A stretch of 64,000 nt of DNA from the NCBI RefSeq assembly GCF_020745735.1, contig NC_083433.1:6397363-6461362 (forward strand), read 5' to 3'. Source of the stretch: Hemiscyllium ocellatum (Eukaryota). Below the pieces are notes generated by a model that made no database searches, was not told where the DNA came from, and was given only the letters and a program-made list of their open reading frames with translations. This document shows positions 25,881 through 47,949 of the stretch, one piece after another. Position numbers and translations under genes: made by a program. How positions within the stretch are numbered: position 1 is the first letter of the stretch; each line of letters opens with the position of its first letter.

Positions 25881-28173
25881 AGTGAAAAACAAGTAGCCTC
25901 CCATAATTTGGATCACAGAAACAGGAAGAGGCCATTCAACTGGATCCAGGTCAGTTTGTATTTTAACTCTGTGTAACCAATGTTTCTTCCAAATCCCGTT
26001 ACTCCCTTACTTAACAAATGGTCACCAATGTCAGTTTGAAATGTTCAATCGATTCTATGTTCATTTAAGGTTTTGAGAGAGCGATGTCCAGATTCATGGT
26101 ATTCTGTGTGTGAAGAAGGGAAGGAAACCCCTGTGCTCTACTCCTTCACTAATGTCATTTCTAAACATGACTGTCAGGCCCTTGTACAGATCCTGGGAAA
26201 GATTGATATAGTTTTGCTATTTGAAGTAAATAGCCATTAGCTCTCCTGTATCTCCCACACCCTGACCAATTCCAAACCATTTCTGATGGTTTCCTTCAAT
26301 CCCACATGCTTCACTTTCTTAGAGTGAAGTGATGGACTCTTGTCTGCAATGGCATTTAGTTGCTGTGACTTTCCTCAAGTTGAAACTGATAGAATTCTCT
26401 AAATCAGAGTTTCCCGATATATCTCAGGAAATTCAATCCTGTAGACAATGTGGAGTACAATTGCATCGGTGTTCTCCCATCTCTAGATGAACTGATACAC
26501 CTCTCGTCAGATCCAGAAGAGGTCAGTGATACGGAGATTGATCGCAGCAGTTGAAGGATATTGACCTGCACCAGATAGTCTGCAGTGAATCTGTGAATCA
26601 CACAAGTTGGTGAAATGGAAAGTACGTTGATGAGATTCCTCTACTAGAATTCCAGTGCTCCCATTGTTATTGTGTTTCAAGTAGAACCTTTTCTTGCTAA
26701 TGACAAGAATCACCAAGTCTAATATTCTGTTCCTTCTGCCAATGTTGAGTTTATTTTGAAAAGTATTTGAAGACAAGATTTAACACTTGAAAGGTGGAGA
26801 GTCTCAGTCTGTAACCTGACTCTTTCTGCATTTTTTCATCCTGGCCCTTGGAGAGAACAGGTGCAGGTAATAGTGCTCCACATTTGGTAACTCACGTGAG
26901 GGGCACCTTAACATGATCAATGCTTGGCCATGTAAACAGGTCAAAACAAAACCTTATCATTTTGTGAGCAACAGACAAAAGAACAGGAGACAGTTAGCTA
27001 TTTGACCACTACAACTGGCTTCGCTGTGCGACAAGACCACGTCTAATGCGGTCACATCTACGATAGTGTTTGTAAATAACCGAGGGTTTGCTAGAGAGGG
27101 GGAAGGTAGAGATCTCAAGTGGGGCCACGAGCTGAAATTGAGGGAATTGCATGTTGTAAGGCAGCAGTGGCCATAGTGGAATTGGTGGTGTAACAGCTGT
27201 ACCCCTGCTCTGAGACCATTTAAACTTGAAAACAAAGGGGAGAACAGGGAAGAGCTTGGGAAGCATTGAGGGAGGAAATAACGGTGGAGGATTTCCATCC
27301 AGCAGCGATACTCAACTCTTGCACAGGAGTATGTCAGCCCACCAAGCTCATGGAAGAACTATTTTCTATAATCCAGTAGAATTGTGGAATGATTGTTAAG
27401 CTTGTGATTCCTGTGAACTCAAAACACTGACCTCAGCCCACCTACTTCTGTTGACCTTTCACCTCTGCTATGAAGAGCATACCTCAAATCATTTGACACT
27501 TTAAATTCCTCAAGACGCCAATCAAAAAAAATGATTGATGAGGATAGTATAGAGGGAATATATTCTATCTAACCCTGTTCTGGGAGAGGCGGATAGGGAT
27601 AGAACTAAGTTTTTTTTCTTTTAAAAAAAAAGGTAAAGCAAAGCAAAAGTGACTTTCACTTCAATAAAGGCAACTACTTTTATCCAGGTTTATGTTGGAC
27701 CGGTCCTGGGAATGTTCGGTAGAAAGTGTCCCAGCAGCTTTTTCTTAACAGGAGTAAGAGGGAGTTCCATCCTCTATGCTTAGCTCAGTGATGTGTTTCA
27801 TAACATTGTATGTTAACCCAGGTTGATTTAGATCATGATCCTAAAAACATCCCATTGCAATATAAAAACACACTGATGCTGCAAAAATTTGAGATCAACA
27901 ATTGTAGAATCGATCATTTTTCCTCAACCCCACCCACGCTGCTCTAGTTTAGTTCAGAATAGCCACAGGAAACAAAGTGTTAGGTCAGGAAGGCCAAAAG
28001 CTGTTAAAGATTCCATGAATGCAATTTATACAGCTTGCAATCCTGGATCCCTTGCCAGGTACTGAACTACACAGTCATAAGTGTTTCAGATATTTATTTC
28101 CATATCCAGCAAGACAAAAGCAGAACAGTTTACACTTCAACTTCATGGTCAGCACTAGTGTTCCAAATCCCAC

Positions 28174-30561
<2,388 letters not shown>

Positions 30562-30624
30562 CTTCACTATTCCTGCTCACTGTCACCTAGACAACTTTAG
30601 ACCTGAGCCTCTCTCCCTGAGCTC

Positions 30625-30776
30625 TTGTATTTATCCTCCTGGGACACCCTGCACTCAGCCAGGGAATGGCAGCACCAATGATGATTGACAATCCCTGACA
30701 CAATCAGGAATCCCCATGAGTTTAGGAACCAATGAAGGGCATAGGGGTGGAGTGAGATACACAGAGCCAATCAGAG
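30625..30776 (-). promoter_or_regulatory. Ferritin G promoter (TATA-like plus CCAAT cluster)
   Basis: Same conserved layout as copies A, E, F and J. Confidence 0.68.
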
Positions 30777-31249
30777 CTTTGAAATGGAGGCAGATTTGGA
30801 TCATTCAGTGATTGTCACTGAGGAACAGGAGGAGGATGTTTGTCTCTGTCAGCCTGTGCTGCCATTTAATGATATCATGGCTGGTCTGTTGCTTCCTGCC
30901 CCTGTCCACATTGGTCCTGCATTCCCTTCACACCATTAACCAACAAGCACCTAACTATCTCAGATCTGAACAGATTATTTGCTCCCAATGTTTCTGGGAA
31001 AGAGATTCCTTTTCATGAGGAGATGATTCCTAGCAACTGCACTGAACGGTCACATGATCATTATAGCATTCTACTCCTTGGTCACGGTGCAATAATTTCT
31101 CTCCATCTGTCTCCTCAAACCCATTCGTTATTTTCCAAACCTCGAGTATAGTCACCCGTTAATCTTCGATACTCAAGTCCACTGTTTGCAAAGGGTCCTC
31201 ACAATTTAAGCCTTTCAGCCCTGGTATCATTCCGGTGAATCTACACTGT

Positions 31250-31600
31250 AGGGGGATGATGGTATTGTCACTGAGCCAGTCACTGAGAGGCTCAGATTAA
31301 CACCATGAGGACATGAGTTCAAATCCCACCATGGCAGCTGGGTAGAATTTAACTTCAATTAATTAATCTGGAATACAAAGCAAGTCTCAGTGATGGTGCT
31401 CACGAGAACAATTGCTATTTGTCATAGAAATTCATCTGGTTCAGTGATATCCCTTAGCGAAAGAAATCTGCTTTGGCCTATCTGTGACTACAGACCCACA
31501 GCAATGTTGGTCATTCTTGACTTGCCTCGGAGATGGTCAGAAATCTTTTAGTTAGCAGGGATTAGCCTTCCAAGCGACATACTCTTCCATGAAATCAATT
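31250..31600 (+). mobile_element. DeuSINE-like (SacSINE1-type) element, decayed
   Basis: GAGTTCAAATCCCACCATGGCAG B box and CATCTGGTTCA...GAAAGAAATCTGC Deu-like core. Family assignment is from recall. Confidence 0.5.
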
Positions 31601-31696
31601 TTAAAAGCATGCTCCAAGGTCAATGTATCAATACTGAATACAATTCTGCAGATGAGGTTTGCCCAGCACTTTCCACAACTGTAACACAACCTTCAT

Positions 31697-32280
31697 GGGT
31701 GATACTGTGGCTCAGTGGTTAGCACTGCTGTCTCACAGGGACCAGGTTCGATTCCACCCTCGGGCAACAGTGTGTAAGGTTTGCAAGTTCTCCATGTGCC
31801 TACGTGGGTCCCCTCCAGGTGCCCTGGTTTCCTCCCACAGTCCAAAGATGTGCATGTTAGGTGGATTGGTTGAGGATGCGTTAAGGGCGAGGATAGTTAA
31901 GGGCGGTACGGTGGCACAAGGGTGACACGGTGGCACAGTGGTTAGCACTGCTGCCTCCCAGCACCAGAGACCCGGGTTCAATTCCTGCCTCAGGCAACTG
32001 TCTGTGTGGAGTTTGCACATTCTCCCTGTGTCTGCGTGGGTTTCCTCCCACAGTCCAAAAACGTGCAGGTTAGGTGAATTGGCCATGGGAAATTGCCCAT
32101 TGTGTTGGGTGCATGAGCCAGTGGGAAACGAGTCTGGGTGGGTTACTCTTCGGAGGGTTGGTGTTGAATTGTTGGGCCAAAGGGCCTGTTTCCACACTGT
32201 AAGTAATCTAATCATGCTCTTCAGAGGATTGGTGTGGACATGATGGGCTGAATGGCCTGCCTCTATGCTGCCTTGCAATG
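31697..32280 (+). mobile_element. Nested HE1-like SINEs (younger copy 31901-32214 inside an older copy)
   Basis: Two A/B-box heads. The older tail resumes after the AATCTAATC end of the inner copy. Confidence 0.8.
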
Positions 32281-33049
32281 AAGACTGTAATGCAATTAGC
32301 ATTTTAAAATCATCTCTTTTGCTCTCCACAAGTTTTAATAGTTTCTGCACACAGGTCCCCAACTCTCTCTGTGCCTGTTTCTCACCTAGCTCCTCCACTT
32401 CCAAACCACTCTGATTTCTCCGTCTTGGTCTTCCTCAGATTAAATTCTATTGATCAATATTGTCCACTCACTATATTAGTGTCCTCTGCTTCAGTGTGGC
32501 AGAGGCAGGATCCACAGAAGTGTTCAAGAGAGCACTGGGCAATTAAACAGGAACAACAGACCAGGTGACAGGGAAAGGGCAGGAGAAGGTTAAATGCTCA
32601 GAGAGCTGGTGCAAATGTGATGGGCAGAATAGCCTTCTTCTGAATCATAACAATTCTATCAGTGATATTTACTAGCTCACCTCATTAGGAAACATGGATA
32701 TGTATCTCTATTTCTTCATTGGTGTCATTTAGAAATACAGTATAATGAAAGGCTGAGATTCCTGGAGGAGAGATGACTAATCCCCTCCTGCCCATTGGAG
32801 TACACAACCTACTCCCAGCTCCCATCTCTGAACCAATTCCTAATAATCTTGTGTAACAGCCTTACTCATTATGTAAGGTGTGTTGGTTTCCTTGGACTTT
32901 CTTTAGAGCTTCCTGATCTTCAGCTTTTCTGACTTCCTCCTTCTGAAATCATCACATTTGGGTTGCAATAAACCCCACCCACTTTAACCCTTTCAGAACC
33001 AGTACCTCACCAACATCAAGCAGAGTTTGTCTATTGTTAACTGGAGTCT

Positions 33050-33420
33050 ATCAGATCCCCTCTGTCTTCTAAACTCAAGGGTATACAAGCGCAGTTACTC
33101 CAGTCTTTCAGCGTAAAGTAATCCCACCATTCCAGGAATTGTTCTCCTGAACCTACACTGCACTCCCTCAATAGCCGAATGTCTTTCTTCAAATTTGGAG
33201 ACCAGAACTGCATACAATACTCCAGGCGTGGTCTCCAGGCCCTGTGCAGCTGCAGCCAAACCTCTGTTTCTATACTCAATCCCTCATGTTATGAAGGGCA
33301 GCATGCTATTAGCCTTCTTCACTACCTGCTGTACCTGCATGCTTACCTTCATTGACTGGTGTACAAGAACACCCAGATCTCTTTGTACTGCCCCTTTACC
33401 TAAATTGATTCCATTTAATC
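33050..33420 (-). mobile_element. CR1 LINE ORF2 C-terminal fragment
   Basis: RPRLEYCMQFWSPNLKKDI...RGDLI. Confidence 0.82.
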
Positions 33421-33857
33421 AAAGAAACTCCTCAGGATTCCCAAACCAGCCCCAATAACAGCATTCATACATTGATCCCTAACTGAAAGGGACTGACTGT
33501 CTTTCAGAAAGTCTGCAGTGAATGTGTAACCACCAATACATTGTAAGGTAAGATGTTATATGTGGAATGTGTGCATGGTTTGGCTAATTACAAATATTTC
33601 TGCATTTCCTCAAATTTAAAGTGAAGACTTTAATGACTAGATTTGCTGTTTATTGCATGTCAGCCTGTCCAAAGACAAGTAAAGTGCTAGTGTAAATACA
33701 GTACTCCCAAAATGGGATCCTTTTATGACAATCTTAATAAATCACACCTTGCATCCCCTCTGTCCTGACAGAGGAGTCTGAAGTAGATCCTCACAGAATA
33801 AGGAGAAACAGGATTATAGGAGTGTCAGTCTCCCTTGTCAAATTTATGACACTCCAT

Positions 33858-34065
33858 TAGATTCCCTACAGAGTGAACACAGGCACTTTGACCCAACAAG
33901 TCCACACTGACCCTGAGGAGTATCCTATCCAAACCCACTACTTGGCATTTCCCCTAGCTAATACATCTAACCTACACATCCCTGACAGTATTAGCAATTT
34001 AGTATTAGCCAATTCACCTCCCCTGCACAGCTTTGGATTGTGGGAGAAAACCCACAGACTACATA
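33858..34065 (-). mobile_element. HE1-like SINE, partial
   Basis: ATTAGATTCCCTACA...GCCAATTCACCT. Confidence 0.72.
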
Positions 34066-35125
34066 TGCTTAAAACCCCTACCCCTGCTGGGGTAAGGTAG
34101 GCCATTTAAGCTTGCTCCACCACTGTGCAAAAGTTGTAATCTCAATTTCCCCAGTCAGGCCCTCACCCTCTTATCCCTTCAGCTTTAAAAGGACAGTGGC
34201 AGTGACTACCTTTGCATCTATCAAAAACAGGGTTGGTTGACAAACTGTCACTATGACATTTTCAGAGGGTCTGTCTTACCTCAATGACCTAGCTTTGGGT
34301 TAGTCAACACAAGTGAAACAGCCTTTCAGGAATCTACACTATGAAAAAGTTCTATTCAGAAACATATCCTTCTAGACATTTCACCCTCTAAACTTGATTT
34401 TATACAAGCCTAGCCTTCCTGGCCCCCCCCACCCCTGCCAAAAAAGCAGCTATTACTTGCAGCAAGTCAGAGGTAGAACCTCGTGGCCTCTCTAACATGA
34501 AGTTATAACAAGTAGTATTTACTGCAAAAAGTCAAGATGGACAGTACTCCAATTTTAGAACATCTAGCTGAGGCCCTGATCAACTGCAGTGACATGTCAT
34601 TGACAATCACTTGGTTTTGACATGGACACCAAATAGTACCATTGAGCTTAAGCACATGCACTAGATCTGCAGACAATACTGGGCATCAGAAAGCCCATCT
34701 CTACTACAGAGTTAAGGTCTGCAGTTTCCTTTTATTTAAAAAGGAAATGTTCTTCCTGACAGCACTTCATAACAACTAACTCCCCTCAATACTGAGCTAG
34801 AGGTGTGTCCACTCATTTACCCTGAATGGAGTTTATTCTTCCCTCCCTCTTGACATTCCTATCCATCTGTTCCAAGGAATTTGGCTACCATAAAAGGTTC
34901 ACTCCTTACATCTAACTTGTGGGACATGGACAAACAGTAACCAATCCTCAGACATCGGGCAGAACAGTCATGGTCAGGTCAGTTAGGCAAATTAATTCAT
35001 TCCGTTCAAAATGTTGGCTATGGTTATAAAACCAGAAATATTGATTAAATGATAAATTGTTTATTTCTATATCCAGTAGAAGCGAAGCAGTATTGGATTT
35101 TGAGAAAAATATTCCAGAATCCCAC

Positions 35126-39626
<4,501 letters not shown>

Positions 39627-39689
39627 TTTCACACTTACTAACAGAAGGGAAACTCAAACAACAAACTAACAGTAGCTGCTAGGAGCCTA

Positions 39690-39815
39690 GGATTTATACC
39701 AATGGGAATCCTGTGATTGGCTATTGGGGATTACCAATCAGGAAACTCCTGTGAATCCCGGTACTAATTAGAGAGAGGTACTGGGGGGAGCTATGTACAA
39801 ACCAGAGCCAATCAG
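39690..39815 (-). promoter_or_regulatory. Ferritin H promoter (variant: GTATAAAT plus CCAAT cluster)
   Basis: Minus-strand GTATAAAT abutting a CCAAT, with further GATTGG/CCAATCAG boxes. The leader differs from A/B/E/F/G/J and is shared with copy I. Confidence 0.62.
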
Positions 39816-39989
39816 CGCAGTGTAAAACTAAGCAGGGTTTTTTAAACAATTTAGGACCATGGGAACAGGAGGAAGCCATTCAAGCCCTCTGACCTGTTCC
39901 ACTATTTAACCACACCTTGGTTAGTTTTCATTTCTATTCCACATAAACCACCCTCTTCCAGATCGCAGAATCATAGAATTCCAACACAA

Positions 39990-40305
39990 ATTCACCGAAA
40001 ATCCTCAGACAACACCTTCCAAATCCACAACCATCTAGAAGGACAAGGGCAACACAATTCATGGGAAAACCACTCACAGGTTTCCCTCTGGGCTACCCAC
40101 CATCCTGGCTTGGAAATATATGCTGTCCCTTCAATGTCACTGGGTCAAAATCCTGGAGTTCCCTCCCTAAGGGCATTGTGGGTCAACCTACAGGACATGG
40201 ACTGCAACGGTTCAAGAAGGCAGGTCACCCCCACCTTCTCAAGGGGGCAACTAGGGACGGGCATACATGCTGGGCTAGCCTACTGACATCCAATTCCCAC
40301 AAGTA
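39990..40305 (+). mobile_element. LINE 3'-end fragment (L2/CR1 group)
   Basis: SKSWSSLPKGIVG...LQRFKKAGHPHLLKG. Also present at 44555-44880 (+) and 45476-45775 (-). Confidence 0.7.
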
Positions 40306-42458
40306 AACATAAAGAAATTTCAGTGTCAAAGGAGACCGTTCGGCCAAATGTGCTCATCTCTTGCCTTTTCTCCATATCCCTGCACACTGCTACTGTCCCA
40401 ATGCTCTCTTGAATGTTTCAATTGAACCTGCCTCCGCACATTTCCAGGAAGCCCGTTCCATAGCCTAACTACTTTCTGCGTAAAAGTGTTTTTCTCACGT
40501 CACTCTTGCTCTGTTTCTACATTGCTTTAACTATCCCTTCACCCATTTACATAACAACAGCCAACAACCTCCGACTGAAATGTTGAATTGATTCCCAAGG
40601 AGTTGGGAGAGCAAGGTTTACATTTTCAGTATCGTGCCTGTGTCTGAGGAAGTGTTTCTGAACACCACCCCTAATGAATGGGCTCTAACCTTTAGGTTAT
40701 GCTGGAGGTTTAGTGGGGATTTGAGGAAAACATTTGTTACCCAGAGGGTGGGTGGACTGCCAGGCAGGGGCATAGAGATGAGAAATGCCACAACCTTTAA
40801 AAAGTACATGAAGGAACACAAAGTGTAATTACGTTCAAGTCCACTGGCTAATTGCTGGAAAGTGGGATGAGTGTAGACAGGTTAGCACAGACCCGATGGA
40901 ACGAAGGGCCTCTTCTGTGTTGAGAGATTGTGTGACTCGAACATCTAGCTCTTTGTATTCCAGGCTTTTCCACTAGATTTTGTAATTTCTCTGGATCAGT
41001 CCCACCACCTCTTCAGTTCCTCACTTGTCACAGTTTAACTGATTTCTCTTTCTCGTTCCAAAGCGGAAAGCTTCACTCTTCCTCACGTTGAGTCCTGTCT
41101 GTTCGTTTTAACAATGTTTTGTTGCAAACTTTCAGCTCCCAGCCTCCCAGAAACGTGGACATACATCTCTCTGTTCCCCTTCATCTAAATTGATCTATCA
41201 ATGTGAAACTGAAGCCCATACAGAGATCGCTGGGAGGGAGAGACAAATTTTGACAAAGTTAGCAGCCATGCCCTCTATCCCTGCCCTTCCTGATTCCCAA
41301 CCACGTCCAAAAGGGATCTTCCTATTCAATGTGCACACAGCCTTCCTAATTATCTCATCAGCAATAAAATCGATTTTAGTTGCTTTGACTTTCCTCAATC
41401 TGATAGCATCAGTCATCCAGATCAGAACTCCCCAATTCATCAGTGTTTGACAAGTTTGTCAATGGATATTTCTCCCTATATACTTAATGTTGAATACAAT
41501 GACATCTATACAATGGCATCTGAACTGGTTCACCTGCTGTCAGATCCAGAAGAGGGCAGGGTTACTGATATTGATCACAACTGTCCAAGGATATGGATCT
41601 GTACTAGATCCACTGCACAATCTAAACCAACTAATCACATTGTAGAGATGGACAGTACAGTTATGAGATGCTTCTGTTTAAAGAATGTTATTTCCATTGT
41701 TGTTGTTTCATGTGGAGCTTGATCCTGACCATCTCAGGATCTCTACTATCCATCCCTTCTCCAATGGAGGAGTCTATTGTATTTGAGGTAAGATATTAAA
41801 AATATGAACACATGCACCATTTCAGACAGCAGTCCATGTTTCCTGCCTTTCTACAGCCAGGAGGGTATCAGCCCTGGACAGTAGAGTGCAGGAAATTGAC
41901 AAAAAAAAAAGTAAATCTGCACTTAAACTCCAGAGTCACAGCAGTGCAGCCCTGGATGTATTTAGGCCAGACCAGGTAAGGACAGCAGATTACATTCCTG
42001 ATGATACTGTCTTAGTGAAAGAAAGATGGGTGTTTCATCTTTGATTAAAAAGCCCCATGAGCTGCTGTTGTGTGTTGCTGAAAACTTCAATAAGCTTAAC
42101 ACATGGAGGAAGATTGACCAAACTAAGTCTAAGAAGGGCAAGAAACTTAATGTTTAAACAGGCTCTTATGGTGCTGTTGTCATGTCCCTTCCCTGGGGGA
42201 GGATGTCCAGGTACAAGCCCCACCTGCTTCAGGTGTGGAAAAACCCTGAACAGGGCAATTAGGGAAAAAAAAAGGGTCGAAGCAAATTAAAAAGGTTTTA
42301 CATGTCAGGCTGCTAAGAACCATAGATATGAATCTAGTTAATAACAATTATACAAAAGGCGATTGATCATGATAGGTTTTATTTGCAATTCAGTGTGAAT
42401 TCACAATTTAGTACCATACATGATAAAACTGCAATACGAAGTGATTCCAGAATCCTGC

Positions 42459-44211
<1,753 letters not shown>

Positions 44212-44275
44212 CTTCACACTTACTAACAGAAGGCAAACTCAAAAACACAAGCTAATTCTAGCTACTATGAGCCTA

Positions 44276-44360
44276 GTATTTATACCAATGGGAATCCTGC
44301 ATTCCAACAGGAAATGTTATCACCAATAATGATTGGCTATTGGCGATTACCAATAAGGAA
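44276..44360 (-). promoter_or_regulatory. Ferritin I promoter (variant shared with H)
   Basis: GTATAAATAC plus CCAAT boxes, homologous to 39690-39780. Confidence 0.62.
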
Positions 44361-44554
44361 TCTCTTGTGAATCCAGGTATTAATTAGAGAGAGGGAAAAG
44401 TAACCAGCTTTTTAACAATTTGGGACCATGGGATCAGGAGGAAACCATCCAAGCCCTCTAACCTGTTTCACTGTTTAACCACATCTCGGCTGGTTTGCAT
44501 CTCAGTTCCATATCACCCACCTTCTACCAGATCACAAAATCAAAGAATTTCAAT

Positions 44555-44880
44555 GCAAATTTACCAAAGATCTTTGGACAGCACCTTCCAAATTCATGAC
44601 CACTTCTATCTAGAAGGACAAGGGCAACAGATACATGGGAACACCATCCACAAGTTCCCCTCCAAGATACCCACCATCCTGGCTTGGAAATATATGCTGT
44701 CCCTTCAATGTCACTGGGTCAAAACCCTGGAATTCCCTCCCTAAGGGCATTGTGGGTCAACCTACAGCACATGGACTGCAACGATTCAAGAAGGCAGCTC
44801 ACCCCCACCTTCTCAAGGGGGTGTAGAGGGACGGGGAATACATGCTGGGACAGCCCACTGACACCCAGGTCCCACAACTG
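44555..44880 (+). mobile_element. LINE 3'-end fragment, paralog of 39990-40305
   Basis: Same position relative to ferritin exon 1, so it was duplicated with the unit. Confidence 0.7.
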
Positions 44881-45234
44881 AATATAAAAACATTAAAGTG
44901 CCAAAGGAGGCCATTCGGCCCATGGTGCCTGCACCAGCTCGATTGTGCTCATCTCTTGCCTTTTCTCCATATCCTTGCACATCGCTACTGTCCCAGAAGA
45001 AAACCCAATGTCTTCAACTTTTCAATTGAACCTGCCTCCCCCACATTTCCAGGAAGCACTTTTCATACCCTAACTACTCTCTGTGTAAATTTCTTTTTCT
45101 GACATCACTCTTACCCTGTTTCCACATTGCTTTAACTATCCCTTCACCCATTTACTTAACTACAGCCAACAATCCCCGACGGAAATTTTCAATTGGTTCC
45201 CAAGGTGCTGGGAGAGCAGGCCTTACATTTTCAG

Positions 45235-45235
<1 letters not shown>

Positions 45236-45265
<30 letters not shown>
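45236..45265. repeat. (TG)15 microsatellite
   Basis: Direct reading. Confidence 0.95.
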
Positions 45266-45269
<4 letters not shown>

Positions 45270-45475
45270 TGTTTCTGAACACCATCCCTCATGGATGGGC
45301 TCTCACCTTCAGGATCTGCTGCTCCCCTGATAGTCCCCTCAAGTCTGGAAATATCCCACTCAAAGAAACCAATTTTCTCCATTGACCTGATCAAATCAAT
45401 TAATCACCTTCAAATCTTAATTATAATTATTTGCTTTTTTTGTACTCATGGAAACACAAAAATGTTTAAAATTCT

Positions 45476-45775
45476 GTCATTGGCCTCACTGGCTGGGTCA
45501 GCATTTAATGCCCATCCCTCGTTGTCCCTTGAGAAGTTAGGGGTGAGCTGCCTTTTTGAACTGTTGCAGTCCGTGGTGTGTGGGGACACCCTTTATACTG
45601 AGGGAGGGAATTCCAAGACTTTGACCCAGTGACACTGAGGAACGGTGATATATTTCTAAGGCAAGATGGTGAATGGCTTGGAGGGAGCCTTGTGGGTGGT
45701 GTTCCAATGTATCTGGTGTCCTTGTCTTTCTAGATGGAAGTGGGTGTGGATTTGGAAGGTTCTGTCTAAGGATCT
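45476..45775 (-). mobile_element. LINE 3'-end fragment, same family, opposite strand
   Basis: HGLQQFKKAAHP; reverse complement of 44580-44870. Confidence 0.68.
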
Positions 45776-46244
45776 GAATTGTATCTTCAATGCAAATGGT
45801 CCTCATTTTTAACCCTGCCGTCACCCCAGTGAATTGGTGCTGCATTCCCTCAGAGATGAATAGATCAGGACTGAATACAATATTGTAGATGTGTACTCAC
45901 TGGCATTTAATAAAACTGTAACAGAACTGTCAGATGCATAACCTGAGGGGGCATCATTTAAAGGTGAAAGGCAGGACAGGTCGAAGAAAGCATTTGTCAC
46001 CTGGAGGGTGGGTGGGCTGCCAGGCAGGGGCGTAGAGATGGGAACCCCACAACCTTTAAAAAGTACACGGAGGAACACTTGAAGTGACATTATATTAAGT
46101 CCATGGACTAAGTGCTGGAAAGTGGGACTAATGTAGACAGGTCAGCACAGACCCAATGGAAGGAAGGACCTCATCTGTGCTGAGAGACTGTGTGACTCAA
46201 ACATCGAGCTCTTTGTAGTTCAGGCATTTTTCTGTCTATCCATT

Positions 46245-47059
46245 TGTTATGGACTAGGCCAGACCACTCAAACCATTCTTAAGCAGGTATCCCAGACCAT
46301 AACTTTGTAATTTGTTTCGGTAAGTATCCAGTGAAGATTACCCGGATTAAGTTAGCGAGATTGACTACCAGGTTTAAAACAGACAAAAAATTTATTCACA
46401 AAATTACACAATGAAACATGAAGAACAGAATAAAGAACGCCTACAGAACTCAGTCTATCCAAACTAGTCTTAATTCAAATATACACGACAGTCCGAATAA
46501 GCAAACCCACTTTAACACACAGCACAAAAAAGGGTCAGATGCTTACAGGTTGAAGTTAGAAGGCAGAAGAGAGACTTTGCACACAGCTCATTTTTAACTC
46601 CCAAAACGGTTCTGGACTGAACTAAACTGCTCAGCTCGAGAGCTGACCACTCCCCTTTCATTATACAGGTCACTTCTAAAACATGACCACTTTGGCCTAA
46701 AGGCTCATCTGTTTATATATAAACAAAAGGCCTCTCAATACCCTTTCATCTCTGTCCCAAACCAGCACTGAGAGCAGTGTATTACCACTCTAAAAAAAAA
46801 CCAAGGACATAATAGCTTTGAGAAAAGGGACAGCTTTTAGAAAAAAGAAACCAGCTTTGTCCATCTAAACAGTCTGGCATTTTTGTCCTTAAATTTTTCC
46901 ACAAATGTCACCAGGGTATGATCAGTGAATACAATTGACTCAGATGCATTGCTGGTACTATAGACACTGAAATATTGTAATGCCAACACCAAGCTTAAAG
47001 TCTCTTGCTCCACCGTTGAATATTTCTGTTGATGAATGTCCAACTTGCTGGAAAAATAC
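46245..47059 (-). mobile_element. Ty3/Gypsy element, 3' part (RNase H end plus probable LTR)
   Basis: YFSSKLDIHQQKYSTVEQETLSLVLALQYF...FTDH...NARLFRW at 47059-46861, then an LTR-like block ending ...CCATAACA at 46245. Confidence 0.82.
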
Positions 47060-47723
47060 TGTTAGGCCGGAACCTCGGGGTTCCAGTCTTTGCGAGTTCT
47101 TTGGAAGGAGAGACCGCACCAGCTTCTTTAGTTTGGAGCAGAGCACCGTTTATTTTACAGAATCAAAACTGGCAAACTGTACAACGAATTCTACAGCATG
47201 CAATTCGTTGGAGAAGGCGTTCTAACCCCTCTGCTCAAATTCGCCCCAGTTATACCCCTCGCTGGCCAGTGTTCCCGGTCAGGTGTCCACGTCTGGCCTT
47301 CCTGTTGGTTACTCGTTCCCGGGCAAAGCGTTCCGCTCTCTGGTTGGATGGTTTGAGCTGTCTGTCCGTTTGCCTCGGAGCGGGCAGTCCCGTAGACATT
47401 GTGGGGCCACTGGTCCCGCTTATTTAATTAGTGGTTTACCAGAAACAATAGTTCATTACCATTTAAGTGAGTAGTTTTGATGGTTCAATTGACACCTCAA
47501 ATAATCCAATTAACAATGTCTACCAGTTACAAATTCCAGAGGTACAATTAATAGGCTGTCTATCAGCTAGCCTCTGATCAGATTAGGAGGCCAGCAGTTT
47601 CCAGTTCAGTGATCATGATAGTTTAACCATTTCAGGCCCGGTGTTAGAAGCACTTGTTACAGTTATAGTTTTTACCCTCCCTAGATCTAGTGTGCCCACC
47701 CCACTAGTACAACTACCCCAACA
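47060..47723 (-). repeat. ERV 3' LTR
   Basis: Preceded on the minus strand by the PPT. Contains TATAA (~47250) and AATAAA (~47150) in minus orientation. Confidence 0.95.
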
Positions 47724-47734
47724 TTCCCTCCCTT
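47724..47734 (-). other. ERV polypurine tract
   Basis: AAGGGAGGGAA immediately before the TG of the 3' LTR. Confidence 0.85.
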
Positions 47735-47949
47735 GGCCTCTATTGAGGCCACACCACCCCATGCCGTAAGAAACGCAACACCACGAGGTGACCGGGGTCT
47801 GGTGTGCCGGCAGACACCCCCACAGATGTCCCTTTGTCGTACCCGAGCACGTTGTCTTGACCAGAATCACCGGTTCTAGGGAGACAGTCATGTTGGGATG
47901 AAGGGTGCCCTACGCAACATGCCGCAACACAATTTACAAATAGATAATT

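Noticed and set aside
31733-32404. 223-aa minus-strand ORF
   Set aside because: It runs antisense through two nested SINEs, has a non-ATG start and shows no protein features.
42360-42458. CPE-like TTTTAT near AATAAA in 3' UTRs as an oocyte translational signal
   Set aside because: It occurs in only some copies and is expected by chance in AT-rich UTRs.
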